From Chrysemys picta bellii (taxonomy: Eukaryota): a stretch of 64,000 nt of DNA. The notes under the pieces were generated by a model. That model was not told the origin of the DNA, did no database searches, and was given only the letters and a program-made list of their open reading frames with translations. This document shows, piece by piece, positions 48,315-60,387 of the stretch. The first letter of the stretch is position 1, and every line of letters begins with the position of its first letter. Location of the stretch: NCBI RefSeq assembly GCF_011386835.1, contig NC_088798.1, positions 64,728,001-64,792,000 of the forward strand. Direction: 5' to 3'. The position numbers and the translations under genes are program-made.

Positions 48315-49002
48315 TTGCAGGTCATAGTGGATGGCTTTGCTGCAATGGGATTCCCTAACTGTGGTGGGGCGATAGATAGAACCCCTATCCCTATCTTGGC
48401 ACCGGAGCACCAGCGCAGCCAGTACGTAAACCTAAAGGGGTACTTTTCAATGGTGCTGCAAGCACTGGTTGATCATAGGGGACATTTCACCAACATCAAT
48501 GTGGGATGGCCGGGAAGGGTTCATGACGCTCGCGGCTGCAGCAAGGGACTTACTTCCCAGACCAGAAAATAACAGTTGGGGATGTTGAAATGCCTATAGT
48601 TATCCTTGGGGACCCAGCCCACCCCTTAATGCCATGGCTCATGAAGCCCTACGCAGGCAGCCTGGACAGTAGTCAGGACCTGTTCAACTACAGGCTGAGC
48701 AAGTGCAGAATGGTGGTAGAATGTGCATTTGGATGTTTAAAAGGTCGCTGGCTCACTTTACTGACTCGCTCAGACCTCTGCCAAGCCAATATTCCCATTG
48801 TTGTTGCTCCTTGCTGTGTGCGCCACAATCTCTGTGAGAGTAAGGGGGAGACCTTTATGGCGGGGTGGAGGCTGAGGCAAATTGCCTGGCCGCTGATTAC
48901 ACGCAGCCAGACACCAGGGCGATTAGAAGAGCACACCAGGAAGCGCTGCACATCCGAGAAGCTTTGAAAACCAGTTTCATGACTGGCCAGGCTACCGTGT
49001 GA
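48315..49002 (+). pseudogene. Harbinger DDE transposase remnant (C-terminal part, frameshifted)
   Basis: GFPNCGGAID.T.IP, GYFSMVLQALVDHRG.F, ILGDPAHPLMPWLMKPY, VVECAFGCLKGRW motifs (HARBI1 family). Confidence 0.88.
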
Positions 49003-50617
49003 AAGTTCTGTTTGTTTCTCCTTGATGAAAACCCGCCCCCTTGATTGACTCGTTCTCTGTAAGCAAGCCACCCTCCCCCTTCGATCCCAGCTTGCTTTCA
49101 AAGGGAATAAAGTCACTATCGTTTAAAAATCATGCATTCTTTATTAATTGATTATAAACTGAAAAGGTAGCCCGGGTGGGGGTTGGGAGGAGGATAGGAG
49201 GGAAGGAAAAGGCCACTAAAAAAGTTAAATATAATGACAGCCTTTTGGTTGGGCTGTCCACTGAGGTGGAGTGGGAGGGTGCACGGAGCCTCCCCTCCAC
49301 CCCCCCGGCGTTCTTACACATCTGGGTGCGGAGGCTATGGAACATGGTGAGGGGGGAGGGAGGTTATACAGCGGCTGCAGCGGCACTCTGTCCTCCTGCT
49401 GCCGTTCCTGAAGCTCCACCAGACGCCGTAGCATGTCCATTTGATCACGCAGCAGCCCCAGCGTTGCAGCCTGCCACCTGTCATCTTGAGCGTCCCTCAT
49501 GGCCTCATGTTCACTGGCATCTTTCCTGTACTCCTACCACTCATTCAGATGAGCTCTTTCATTGCGGGTGGATTCCATGATTTCCGAGAACATTTTGTCT
49601 TGTGTCCTTTTTTCCGACGCCTTATCTGAGATAGCCTTCAGGACGGAGGAGGGAGGCTTGAAAAATTTGCAGCTGCGGGAGGGAGGGAAAAAAGGGAGAG
49701 AAGTATTTAAAAAGATACAGTTTACAGAACAATGCTTATACTCTTTCACGGTGAACAACACTATTCACATTACATAGCACATGTGATTTCGGTAAAAGGT
49801 CGCATTTTGCAGCTTAATATTGAGTGCCTGCGGCTTTGGTGTTAGAAAGCACAGATGCAGGTCTGGGCAACAGAATTTGGCTTGCATGCGGCCATAGTAA
49901 GCCATTGTCTTTCGGCTTCTGCAGCTTTCCTACAAGCAGCACCCTCCTTTCCCAAATACCAAGCAAAGCCCGTTGAGTGCTGCGGTTTTCCTGTTAACGT
50001 GCAGCAGCAGAAACCAAACTAACCCCCCCCCCCATCCAATTCTCTGGGATGATCGCTTTATCCCTCCCCGCACCGCGTGGCTTGTATCAGGGAAGATTCC
50101 CACCCTCCCTCCACCCCCGCTTGGCTAACTGCAGGGAAGGATTTCTTTTCAGCCACAGGCAAACAGCCCAGTAGGAACGGCCACCTCTGTCCCCTTAATT
50201 AAATTCACACGTATTTCAACCAGGTTACCATGAATGATATCACTCTTCTGAGAATAACACAACGAGATAAAGAACGGATGTTGCATGCCAGCAAACACCG
50301 GGACCATACGCTGCCAGGCTTTGTCATGCAATGATACCAGATTACTTGCTACTAGCATGGCGTGGTCCAGTGTCCTATCATGGAGGACAGAATAAGGCTG
50401 CACTGCCAAGAAACCTTGTGGAAAGGCTTTTGGAGTACCTCCAGGAGAGCTTCATGGAGATGTCCCTGGAGGATTTCTGCTCCATCTCCAGACACGTTAA
50501 CAGACTTTTCCAGTAGCTGCACTGGCCGCGAATGCATCCCAAGTCCTCAGGGCAAATTAATAATTAAAAAACGCTTGCTTTTTAAACCATGTTTTATATT
50601 TTAAAAGGTAAACTCAC

Positions 50618-51159
50618 CTGAGGTCCCTTCCATGGGGTCATGGTCTTGGATACTGCCTTGGGAGGGTACTTCACTCAAGCTGAGAAAAAGATCCTGGCTG
50701 TTGGGGAGAACGGAGTGCTGTGTGCTCTCCGCAAGCTTGTCCTCCTTCTCCTCCTCTTCCCCGTCTGCAGAATCCTGAGGTGTGGCTGATGAGATTACCC
50801 CTGTCTTGGAATCCACGGTCAGAGGTGGGGTAGTGGTGGCGGCCCCCTCCCCCCCCCCTAGAATTGCATGCAGCTCAGCGTAGAAGTGGCATGTCTGTGG
50901 CTCTGACCCGGAGCGACCGTTTGCCTCCTTTGTTTTTTGATAAGCTTGTCTGAGCTCTTTAACTTTCACGTGGCACTGTAGTGTGTCCCTATTGTGGCCT
51001 CTCTCCATCATGCCCTTGGAGATTTTTTCAAATGTTTTGGCATTTTGTCTTTTAGAACGTAGTTCTGCTAGCATGGAATCCTCTCCCCATATAGCGATCT
51101 GATCCAGTACCTCCCGTACGGTCCATGCTGGTGCTCTTTTTATGATTCTCGGACTGTAT
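50618..51159 (-). pseudogene. Harbinger Myb/SANT-like DNA-binding gene, exon 1 (further exon remnants ~50331-50520 and 49225-49760)
   Basis: KRAPAWTVREVLDQIAIWGE...KISKGMMERGHNRDTLQCHVKVKELRQAY trihelix motif; CAG|GTGAGT donor at 50618/50617; start codon appears mutated. Confidence 0.82.
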
Positions 51160-52333
51160 GGTTACCTGTGCTCTGCACGCTGGGCAAACAGGAAATGTAA
51201 TTCAAAAGTTCACAGGGCTTTTCCTGTCTACCTGGCCAGTGCCTCCGAGTTCAGATTGCTGTCCAGAGCGGTCACAATGGTGCACTGTGGGATAGCTCCC
51301 GGAGGCCAATACCGTCAAATTGCGGCCACGCTAACCCTAATCCGAAATGGCAATACCGATTTCAGCACTACTCCCCTCGTCGGGGAGGAGTACAGATATC
51401 GATATTAAGAGCCCTTTATATCAAAGTAAAGGGCTTTGTTGTATGGACGTGCGCTGCTAAATTCGAGAAACTCCTAGTGTAGACCAGGCCTAAGAGTTAA
51501 GGCGCCTGCCCACAGAACCTTAATTCTGCCTTCTTTGAGCAATGCCCCAGTACACCCATAACACAGCAATAACCCTCCGCTTGCTAAATTTGACAGCCCC
51601 ATTGCTCTTACCCAGGAGATTCCCTCTAACACTGTACTACTGCTTTCACAGCCCTCTCTCGATTCCTACCTCACTGCTGACAATCTCCAAGGCCAGAAGA
51701 CTCCTGTGCTCCGTTAATGAGGCAACCTACAGGATTCACCACTGAGATGAGGCAGCCTGGCTCTCGCGTGCACCGCTCTCCTCTGGTCACACGAGGAGGG
51801 GTTCAACCCACCCAGAGGGGAAAGGCCCCACAGATGTCATCAGACTCCAATCAAAACTCAGACAAGCTGCTCCAACTAATCCCCCCACCCTTCAGTATAG
51901 CTACAGCTAATGCAGTGAATGTAGCTGGAGTGTACGCAGGTAATTCCCAACGGCTGTTCCCAGCTCCGGGGGGGCAGAGTTAAGGTTGCATTGGCAGGTA
52001 TCTTAACTCTTCATTCCCTGTTTTTCTAGAAGCTTAGCTGTCATTTAAACTTTGTGCTAGAAGGGCCCAGGATACAATCAGGCTACTTTAGCTCTGTCTT
52101 AACAAAGTGTTGTCAGTGAGTTGTCTATGCCGGGCTAGAAAAGATAATGGGTTTTAGCTCTTGCCTCTCTCCACCAACTGAGAGTCAGGTGATCAAATTA
52201 TTTGATGGGAGTCTCAGCCCATTGAAAAAAGGAAGCAGAGGCCTGCAGCCTCGTTCGAGAGTTCAATAACTATTGACCACATGATGTACTTGAGTGGGTG
52301 TGTGTTGAACAACTGGTGCCATGTTAGAACAAA

Positions 52334-52606
52334 GGCCTTGGCTACACAAGAAAGAGGTTGCTATACCAGCAAACCCTCCTAGTGGAGACACATTTTATAC
52401 CAATAAGAGAGTCCTTTTTTCCACTGTAGCTTATACCAGGTCTCCAAACAAAATAAGCTCTGCTGGCAAGGTTGTCTACATGAGGACTTTTCCATGCAGT
52501 TTTATATCAGTTAGGAGGGGTGTTCTCCCCCCCTCCCCTCCACACACTACTAATCAACAGAGTTATGCCAGAGTTATGCTAGCAAAACTTTGAAATGTAG
52601 ACCCCT
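52334..52606. mobile_element. Harbinger-type MITE, degenerate
   Basis: ggccttggctacac...aatgtagaccc termini. Confidence 0.5.
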
Positions 52607-53958
52607 TTATCCCTTGGGTGTAGCTTGCATCTGCTTTGGCTGGAAGGACCAGCGTTCGAAGAACTTCCAAATGTGAGACCACTTTGAGAATTGTTCAGTG
52701 CCTTCTCTCAGCGAAAGCTAGGACAGAGCAAACCACAGCTTCCTCTTTTGCTGTGCTGGTAGTTTTTTTTTATTATTAGCAACACCTCTTTGGTGAAAAA
52801 CCTCTTTGAATTTCAAGCTCCCTCATTGCTTAGTTTTTCTCTTCATGTGGGCTCCCCAGTCATCTTTCATTTCCTATTTCACAGTTTTATTAACATGATG
52901 CTGTATTTCAAAATGTCTGTTTCTTTCCAGGCCTCTTTCTCAAATTGATCATAACTCGAGTTTAGAGGTTATAGATCTCTTATTCAAAGTGCTCAACAGA
53001 GTCTTGCCTGAAATGACTTTATAAGAAGGGTCTCATTTCATCTGGGGATGTCTCTCAAACTAAGTAGGGTCAGGCTTGGATGGGATGCCCACCAGTGCCA
53101 ATATGAGCTCTATCTTCATGTTGCCAATTCTTGGGATTTTTTTTTTATCATGAGTCTCGCAATATTTAGTGTTGTTTGTAAAGTCCTAGACCCTGGAGTC
53201 ATATGGATACTTCAGAATCACAGCTTTTATTTATAACCTCCCACCCCCACCCCTCCCAATTTCTAGCCCTCATGGTTACAGAAAAATTCTGGAAAACCTA
53301 AAGGTGCAAAATCCAGAATTATTTAATTGTTGTGCTGAGGACAACCAGTCCTGGCTCAGTACCCTGCTGTGCTAGCCACTGTACAAGCAGACATCTCTGG
53401 TGTCCCCCCTGCCCCCAATTCCAAATGTTTTATTTCTTATAATCCCATGATCTTTAAGCCAGTGTCGTGATTTGTGGGGGCTGAGTTGTGATTGTGAACA
53501 CTTGGGGGTGGCAATCCCACATTCCTTCCCTCTCCATTGTATCTCGGCAAGAGGGAGGGTTAGTGAGTAGTTAATTTCCAGAGAGCTGGCTGACCTGCTG
53601 TCTGGGAGTGAATTTTTATCCACTTGAACATGAGACACTTTGGAAATGAAGTTGCATGTGCCTTGCTGCTTTCCCTGGGCTTAGCAAGGGCTGCCAAGAT
53701 GGGTTTGGAGTGAGGGGCTGAAGGTCAGAAAACGCTCTTCAGAAGGAGCGAGGTTTTATGGCATTTTTTCGGCAGCCCTTTTTTTTGGTAACAAGTGGTT
53801 TGAGCACTTGGCACTCTACCCTGTGTCATGGAAAACTGGGCCCACACGGGAGAGCTTTGGGTGCAGGAGGGGGGTGGGAAACCAGCCACTTCCTTTCTTG
53901 CCAACACACTCTGTGCCTGTTTCTGATTCAGACTCTCTCACTCAGAAATCATTCTGTA

Positions 53959-55265
53959 CATAGAATCACACAAAGGTAGGGCTGAAGGGGACTTCAAAAG
54001 GCCATCTAGTCCCATCCCCTCCCCCCCCACGCTGAGACAGGACCTGTAAATCTAGCCCATCCCTGACAGTGTTTGTCCAACCTGTTCTTAAAACCCTCCA
54101 ATGACAGATTCCACAACCTCCCTTGGAAACCTGTTCTAGAGTTTAACTAACTATCCCTACAGTTAGAAAGCTTTCCTAATACAATACCTAACCTAAATCT
54201 CCCTTGCTGCAGATTAAGCCCATTACTACTTCTCTGTCATCTTTATACCAGCCCTTAAAATATTTGAAAATTATCAGGTCCCGCTTTCTCCCAGTCTTAT
54301 TTTCTCAAGACTAAACAGGGCCAGTTTCTTTAACCTTTCCTCACAGGTCAGGTTTTCTAAACCTTTGATCAGTTTTGTTGCTGTCCTCTGGATTCACTCC
54401 AATTTGCCCACATCCTTCCCAAAGTGTGGTGCCCAGAACTGGACACAGGACTCCAGATGACGCCTTCCCCAGTGCCAAACCGAGTGGGACAATTCTCTCC
54501 CGTGTCTTACATACGATACTCCTGTTAATACACCCCAGAATATTAGCCTTGTTTGCAGCTGCATCATAGTGTTGATTCATGTTCAGTTTGTGATTCACTA
54601 TAACCCCCAGATCTTTGACTGCTGTTGCCAGACCAATTCTCCAATTTGTCAAGGTCATTTCAAATTCTAATCCTGACCTCCAAATGCCTTACAATCCCTC
54701 CCAGCTTGTTGTCCTCCAGAAAGTCTGTAAGCATCTTCTCCACTCCATTATCCAAGTCATTTATAGAAAAATTAAATAATACTGGACCCAGGACGATCCC
54801 TGTAGAGCCCCAGTAGATACGTCCCTCCAGTTTGACAATGCACCACTGATAACTACGCTTTGAGTACGGTCTTTCAATCAATTGGGTACCCACCATATAG
54901 TAATTTCACATAGACCACATTTCCCTAGTTTGCTTATGAGAATGTCATATGAGACAGTATCAAAAGCCTTCCTAAAATCAAGATATATTATGTCTACTGC
55001 TTTTCCCCTTTCCACTAGGTCATTAACGCTATCGAAGAAGGCAATTAGTTTGGTTTGGCATGATTTCTTCTTGACAAATCCGTGCTGACTATTCCTTAAA
55101 ACCCTATTATCCTCTAGGTGCTTACAAAGTGATTGTTTAATAATTTGTTCCAGTGTCTTTCCGGGCTGCAAAGTTAGGCTGACTGGTCTATAATTCCCTG
55201 GGCCCTCTTTGTTCCCATTTTTCAAAGGTACAATACCTGGCCTTCTCCAGTTCTTTTGGACCTCA
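53959..55265 (-). mobile_element. CR1 LINE fragment
   Basis: catagaatca 3' end; minus ORFs with GNYRPVSLT, QHGFVKKKSCQTKLI, VDIIYLDFRKAFDTV and LGPVLFN RT motifs. Confidence 0.93.
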
Positions 55266-55614
55266 CTCCTTGAGTGTCTTTGGTGGCCCCAAGCATCTGG
55301 TGTGGCACAAAGCAAAGAAAATTAGAAGAGTGTCCCACCTGACTGCCTATTTTTAAGATGTTCTATCCCACCCCATAGAGTTTAAGGGGCCATTAATCAT
55401 CTTGTCTGACCTCCTGCATATCACAACCTCTGGACTCCCTCCACATTCAGGTTAGCATCTTTGTACATATCTTTCCAATTCCTTTTTCAAACATACGGGT
55501 TTTCAGGTTGTTATTCAGGTCTAATGTGGGGTTTTCAACATCTTTGACTGACGCCAGTGACCCAGCAACCCTCTTTTTGTTAAGGGAATCACGTCCGCAC
55601 CCTAATTCCATATA

Positions 55615-55815
55615 CTATAGCCTAGTGGATAGAGCAGTGGACTGGGACTCAGGAGATCTGAGTTTTAGTTCTGGCTCTGCTAGGTAACCCAGGGCAGTCA
55701 CTTCACCCCTCTCTGCCTCAGTTTCCCCATCTGTAAAATGAGGCTAGTGATGCCCACTTCCCTGGTAAAGCACTTTGGGATCTGCTGATGAAAAGTGTTA
55801 TGTACAGCTAGCTAT
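55615..55815 (+). mobile_element. CORE-SINE (MIR-like)
   Basis: cctagtggatagagc A-box; CORE ctctgcctcagtttccccatctgtaaaatg. Confidence 0.78.
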
Positions 55816-56224
55816 TTACTTCTCTGTTTACTATCTTCATATGTAGCACTGAGGAGCTAACTCAAGCAGCTGTGGACTAGTGCAGAAGATCTCAGAAAAT
55901 GAATGGAGAGGAAAAATTTCCCACTATTTAGCTGGGAAACAGAGTTGTGAGGGGACTTGAATATGAAGTATTCAAAATGAACCAAGGATACAGTGGAAAC
56001 TGATCAACCCCACTTTTAGCCAGTACTGTAATAGAACAAGAACACACTGATGAAATTAAATGATAGTAAACGACCGTAGACTGCAACCCCCCCACCCCAA
56101 AACACAGCATCAAGTCTCAAAGCCAGGGTCAACTCACTGGGGCTCAAAATAACAGTGTAGGTGTTCCCGCTTGGGCTGGAGGCCGTGCTCTGAAACCCCC
56201 CTCCCTTTCCAGGTTTCAGAGCCT

Positions 56225-56410
56225 TATTAGCCGGGATGGTGTCTCTAGCCTTTGTTTGCCAGAAGCTGGGAATGGGCAACAGGGGATGGATCACTTGATC
56301 ATTACCTGTTCTGTTCATTCCCTCTGGGGCACCTGGCATTGGCCACTGTCGGAAGACAGGACACTGGGCTAAATGGACCTTTGGTCTGACCCAGTATGAC
56401 TGTTCTTATG
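56225..56410 (+). mobile_element. CR1 3' end inserted in a Harbinger-type MITE (~56100-56560)
   Basis: Near-identical to 61440-61630 CR1 3' UTR; ends gttcttatg. Confidence 0.8.
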
Positions 56411-59400
56411 GTTTCCAGCCCAAGCAGGGGCATCTACATGGCTATTTTTATATGTAGATGCCATGTAGATGCCCCTATTTTTAGCCATGTAGCATGACCC
56501 TGAATCAATTGATCTGGGCTCTTAGACTCGCTGCGGTAGGGTTTTTTGCAGTGTAAACGTACCCTAGAGCCACTGAAATGCAGCATGTAGCCAAGCTGTG
56601 GAATTCACCATACCAGGCAGTAATACAGACACTGCTTTGCTATACTGTAAAAGTACTGGATGATTTTAATTTGATCATTAATGTTTGTACATAGGTGAGC
56701 AAGGGTAAAGTAACCAAGTCTTCTGAGTCCGAGCCTATGCTGTTCACAGCTGGAGTTCAGGTAGGAAGGAATTCCACAAGCAGCTAGCCTCTGTCAGTAG
56801 GGAAGTGGAAGGAGGAGGGTCCCCTTTGACGCACTGAGTATTGGCTGTTGTCAAAGGCAGGGCACTAGACAGTAGTATCATATGTCCATGCTGTATATGC
56901 ATAGGAATACAAGTGTACTGCTGGTGGTATTTTTCTCCATTCACAATCGCATGCACCCTACATCTGTGTATTTTAATCATCCGATGTGTAGACCCAAATA
57001 TCCAATTTCCACTGAGCAGAAATATTGAAAATATCAGAAGCGAAGCAAACCATCCAGACAGTGGGTGTTGCTGTGAATTGAGACTACTGCATCTGAAATA
57101 TCAACTAGTTTTGCAGTGGGTTCTGCTGATTATTTCACTGTGCACAGTGAAATAATATGGAACAGCTTAATATCTGTTTCACTGGGTTAAGTATAAATAT
57201 GTTCCACTTCGCTTGGAACACTTGAAGGGTAGAGCTCAGACCACAAAATGCTGTGGGTAGATGATCAAGAAAAGTCTCTCTCATCTGGAAACCCTGAGTT
57301 TCAAGTTGTGTCAGCTCATCAGTGCGGTGTGATGAAGTGACAGCTGTCCTTCCAGCTGCAGAAGAACTTGGAAAGCTCACAGAGTTTGGGCTGGATTAAA
57401 TCCTTTGCCTCATTGAGGGAAGTGCAAGTTGAATGATGCCTTCTTAAGTTTTCCCACTGCATGCATTTAAAAAAAAATAAGGACACTAGCAAAGATTCCT
57501 TGTCATCTATACCTTGGGCAATGCTCCATAATTAAGGGTTTTAGCCTGTCTTCTTTTAACACCCCCCGTAGAATGTAGGCAGCCTGGAAGCTGTGGGTAC
57601 ACAGTGTGGTTATGATAGTAGGCAAGCTGTTTGTAGTATATAGTTTATTAAATAAAGCCAGCAAACCCTGCTCTCCCCCCACATCTCATTTTAGGGACCA
57701 AGATATGGAAATGAGAATCCTGTCTTCCACTGTTTTAATGGAAGCTTCTGGCTTATTGTTAATCATTTATATTGAAGTAAGTGGTGGCTGTAGGTTTCAA
57801 ACTGGAGATGGGCACTTTACAACCCACAGCAAAGCATAGTCCCTGACTCCAATCTGGCAAAGGCAGGGTAGGGGCTGCAAACAAAGACTGAGCTTGTAAT
57901 CGTGTTGTGATTTTTTTGCTACGGACCCTAGCTGAGGTTATGTGCATTTCCCTTGGAACCACACACAGCTGTGCTGTGAGGGCCAGAAACATCAGAGCTG
58001 TGGGGCCCTTGACACTTCGGGAAGTCAGTGGCTGATCAAGCTCATGGTTGGGAGAATTGCCAGTGATAGCACTAGGGCTGCCCCAAGCTCCCTGCTGGGG
58101 AGCAGCCAGTGGCTGTGTGAGCTCCTCTGCTGAGCGGCCAGCGTGATCTCTGGCCATGGAGCATGGCGCAGAAGAAAGCACAGGGACCTGTTACGGCAGA
58201 ACATCAAAGGTGCCAAAGTCCTGTTTACTTTCCGTGAGACTTGGGTGCCTAATTCACTTCAAAATGGGACTTAGGCACCTCAGAAAATGTCATGCTCCTA
58301 CTAGGAGTTGATGAAGGAGCTGTCAAGTCTGTACTGAACCACATACCCCCTCCACCATCAGAAAACCTGGTTGTATTGTGCAGCAGAGAGCCCTGCTGAT
58401 TTACCAACCTGCAGAGCTCTGCATGTAGTCTTGCCCTGGCCTGTGGCTTCAGAACAGAGCTCTGTGACTACGCTGGAGCTCCTGGAAACTGATCAAGGCC
58501 TTTGACTTGAGGGAGACCCTTGGGCTGTATGGTGGCTGCCAGAGGAAATGAAGCGTGAGAGAACCTGATGGGGGGGAGCAGTATCCGCTTGCACCTGGAG
58601 GGGGTCCTGCTGAGTTGCCTGTTGCCTTGCCATTTGCAGCAGTGGCCAGCGGCACCAGTTGGGGGGGGGGCTCACCCGGAGGCAACGCTATTGTATGACA
58701 GCTGTGGGGGTGCGTTTGTGCACCTAGCCTGCTAGTAGCATTACCAGCCCAGCTCTGTCCTGGGGCCTCGAGGGAGCCAGTCTGCAGGGCTCACAACATC
58801 CAGGGCAAACCCCTGTTTTCTCTCTGATAGGTCCTGAAACGAGAGCAATTCCTGCCCTTCCGGGAGACATGGCCACTCCCTTTATTTAACACAAAGATGA
58901 CTGGGTCCTTTCTGATCCAGGGGGCAAGTTTCATTTTGGGGGGTGGGGGGAGTGGGCAAGAGTCAGGCATTTAAATTTTTTTAGGCGCGGGGGCATAAAT
59001 AGTTGCCTGGCCTGGCAAAACATGCTAAGACAAGCCCTGCCCGGTGAATTCCCATAGGCCAACGAAGAGTCGAGCTGGCAACAGCTTCCCATTCCTGCTG
59101 AGTTAGACTGGATTGGAATCACCAAGCTGGAGAAAAGGGCCTGTAGCCCACTGCTGAATCTCCGAGCTGGTCTATCTCAGCAGCGCCACTTAGTCTGCAG
59201 ATTAGCCACGAAGTTTAATTAGCGGATAAACTTCTTTTCTTACGCAGCTTATGAGTGCCCCTTTCCGCAGCCCCTCAATTCCTTCTGGCAATTCTGTACA
59301 TTGCTGAGCTGTTCTGCAATGCCTAAATGATCTATTTTCTCTCCGTGCTTTCAAGTTGTGGGTCCCTGCAAAGAATTCCTTTTCCCTGATTGTTACTACC

Positions 59401-59693
59401 TGTATGTGAGCAGATCTCCAATCCCTTCCCCCAGTTCTGCTTTTCTTCTAAGTAGCTAAAATGTAACCTTTCCTCATGGGCCCTGCTGCCTAGTCCTTTA
59501 CCCTCTTTCCCACCCTTGCCTGGAGTCTCTCTTGTTCTTTTATCGTTCATAATGTGGTCTAAACTGGAGGGCAGCAGGCAGGCGATTGAGCTGTAAAGTG
59601 GCACTGATAGCTGCAGGTGCCGCCGCTCGATAGCCCTCCCAGTAAAGGGGAGCCAGCACTGGCTAGTGGCCATTGTGTAAGTTTGGTAGTTGT

Positions 59694-59795
59694 TGGTTCT
59701 GGGTTCATCGTAGCTCTGCCATTTGCTGGGTGTGTGACCTTGGGTAGGCATTACACCTTTCTCTCCCTCAGTTTCCCTCTCCGCTTAATGGAATC
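59694..59795 (+). mobile_element. Diverged CORE-SINE/MIR-like fragment
   Basis: ctctgccatttgctgggtgtgtgaccttggg...ctcagtttccct. Confidence 0.55.
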
Positions 59796-60387
59796 CCTAT
59801 TTTACAAACTGCCTGGGGGCGGTGTAAGGGAAGGGCTTGGTGCTCGCAGCAATGAAGGTGCTATGGGAAGGCAAAGTGCCCCTGCTGTTGTTTAAAAGAG
59901 CTTCACAATTGAGTCAAGAGTGTGACTTCCCGGAGGGCTGCTGATTCAGGGGGTCATGTTCCCCCTACACACGTCACTTCTGCTCAGGTTAATATGTCTC
60001 GATGATCAGTAGTTCAGGAAACAAAGTGCCGTTGCCGAGGCAAAGTGAAGTGTTAAAACCCCTGTAATTACGAAACAACTCTGCTTACCACAGAGTTAGA
60101 CGCTGGAGTACAAACTCAGTGCTACGTCAGAAATAGGGCAGGCCAGTTTGGTGCTTTGTTTTCCCACCCTGGTTCTTTCCAAGATTTAGGTCTGAGTGTT
60201 CTCTGCTAGGGACACGCAGCCACATCTCCAGGCATCTATCCATAAACAAGAGGGGGGACAGGTAGAGAGACTACTAGAGAGAGTGGGGGGGGGGGAAGTC
60301 TCATGTGTCAGAGGAATAAATTCTACACTACAGAATCTACCACATTGGGTGACCTAGTTACAACATGTCACACCCCCATTAGTACCC

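Larger units (their letters stand above)
47740..51490. mobile_element. Harbinger/PIF transposon relic, 3751 bp, with two convergent genes
   Basis: TIRs ggctatgtctacacta / tagtgtagaccaggcc (13 of 16 match); TAA TSD at 47737-47739 and 51491-51493. Confidence 0.92.

Noticed and set aside
51492-52011. aagagttaag...cttaactctt inverted ends suggesting a MITE
   Set aside because: agagttaag also occurs internally, the left end overlaps the Harbinger TSD, and there is no independent TSD
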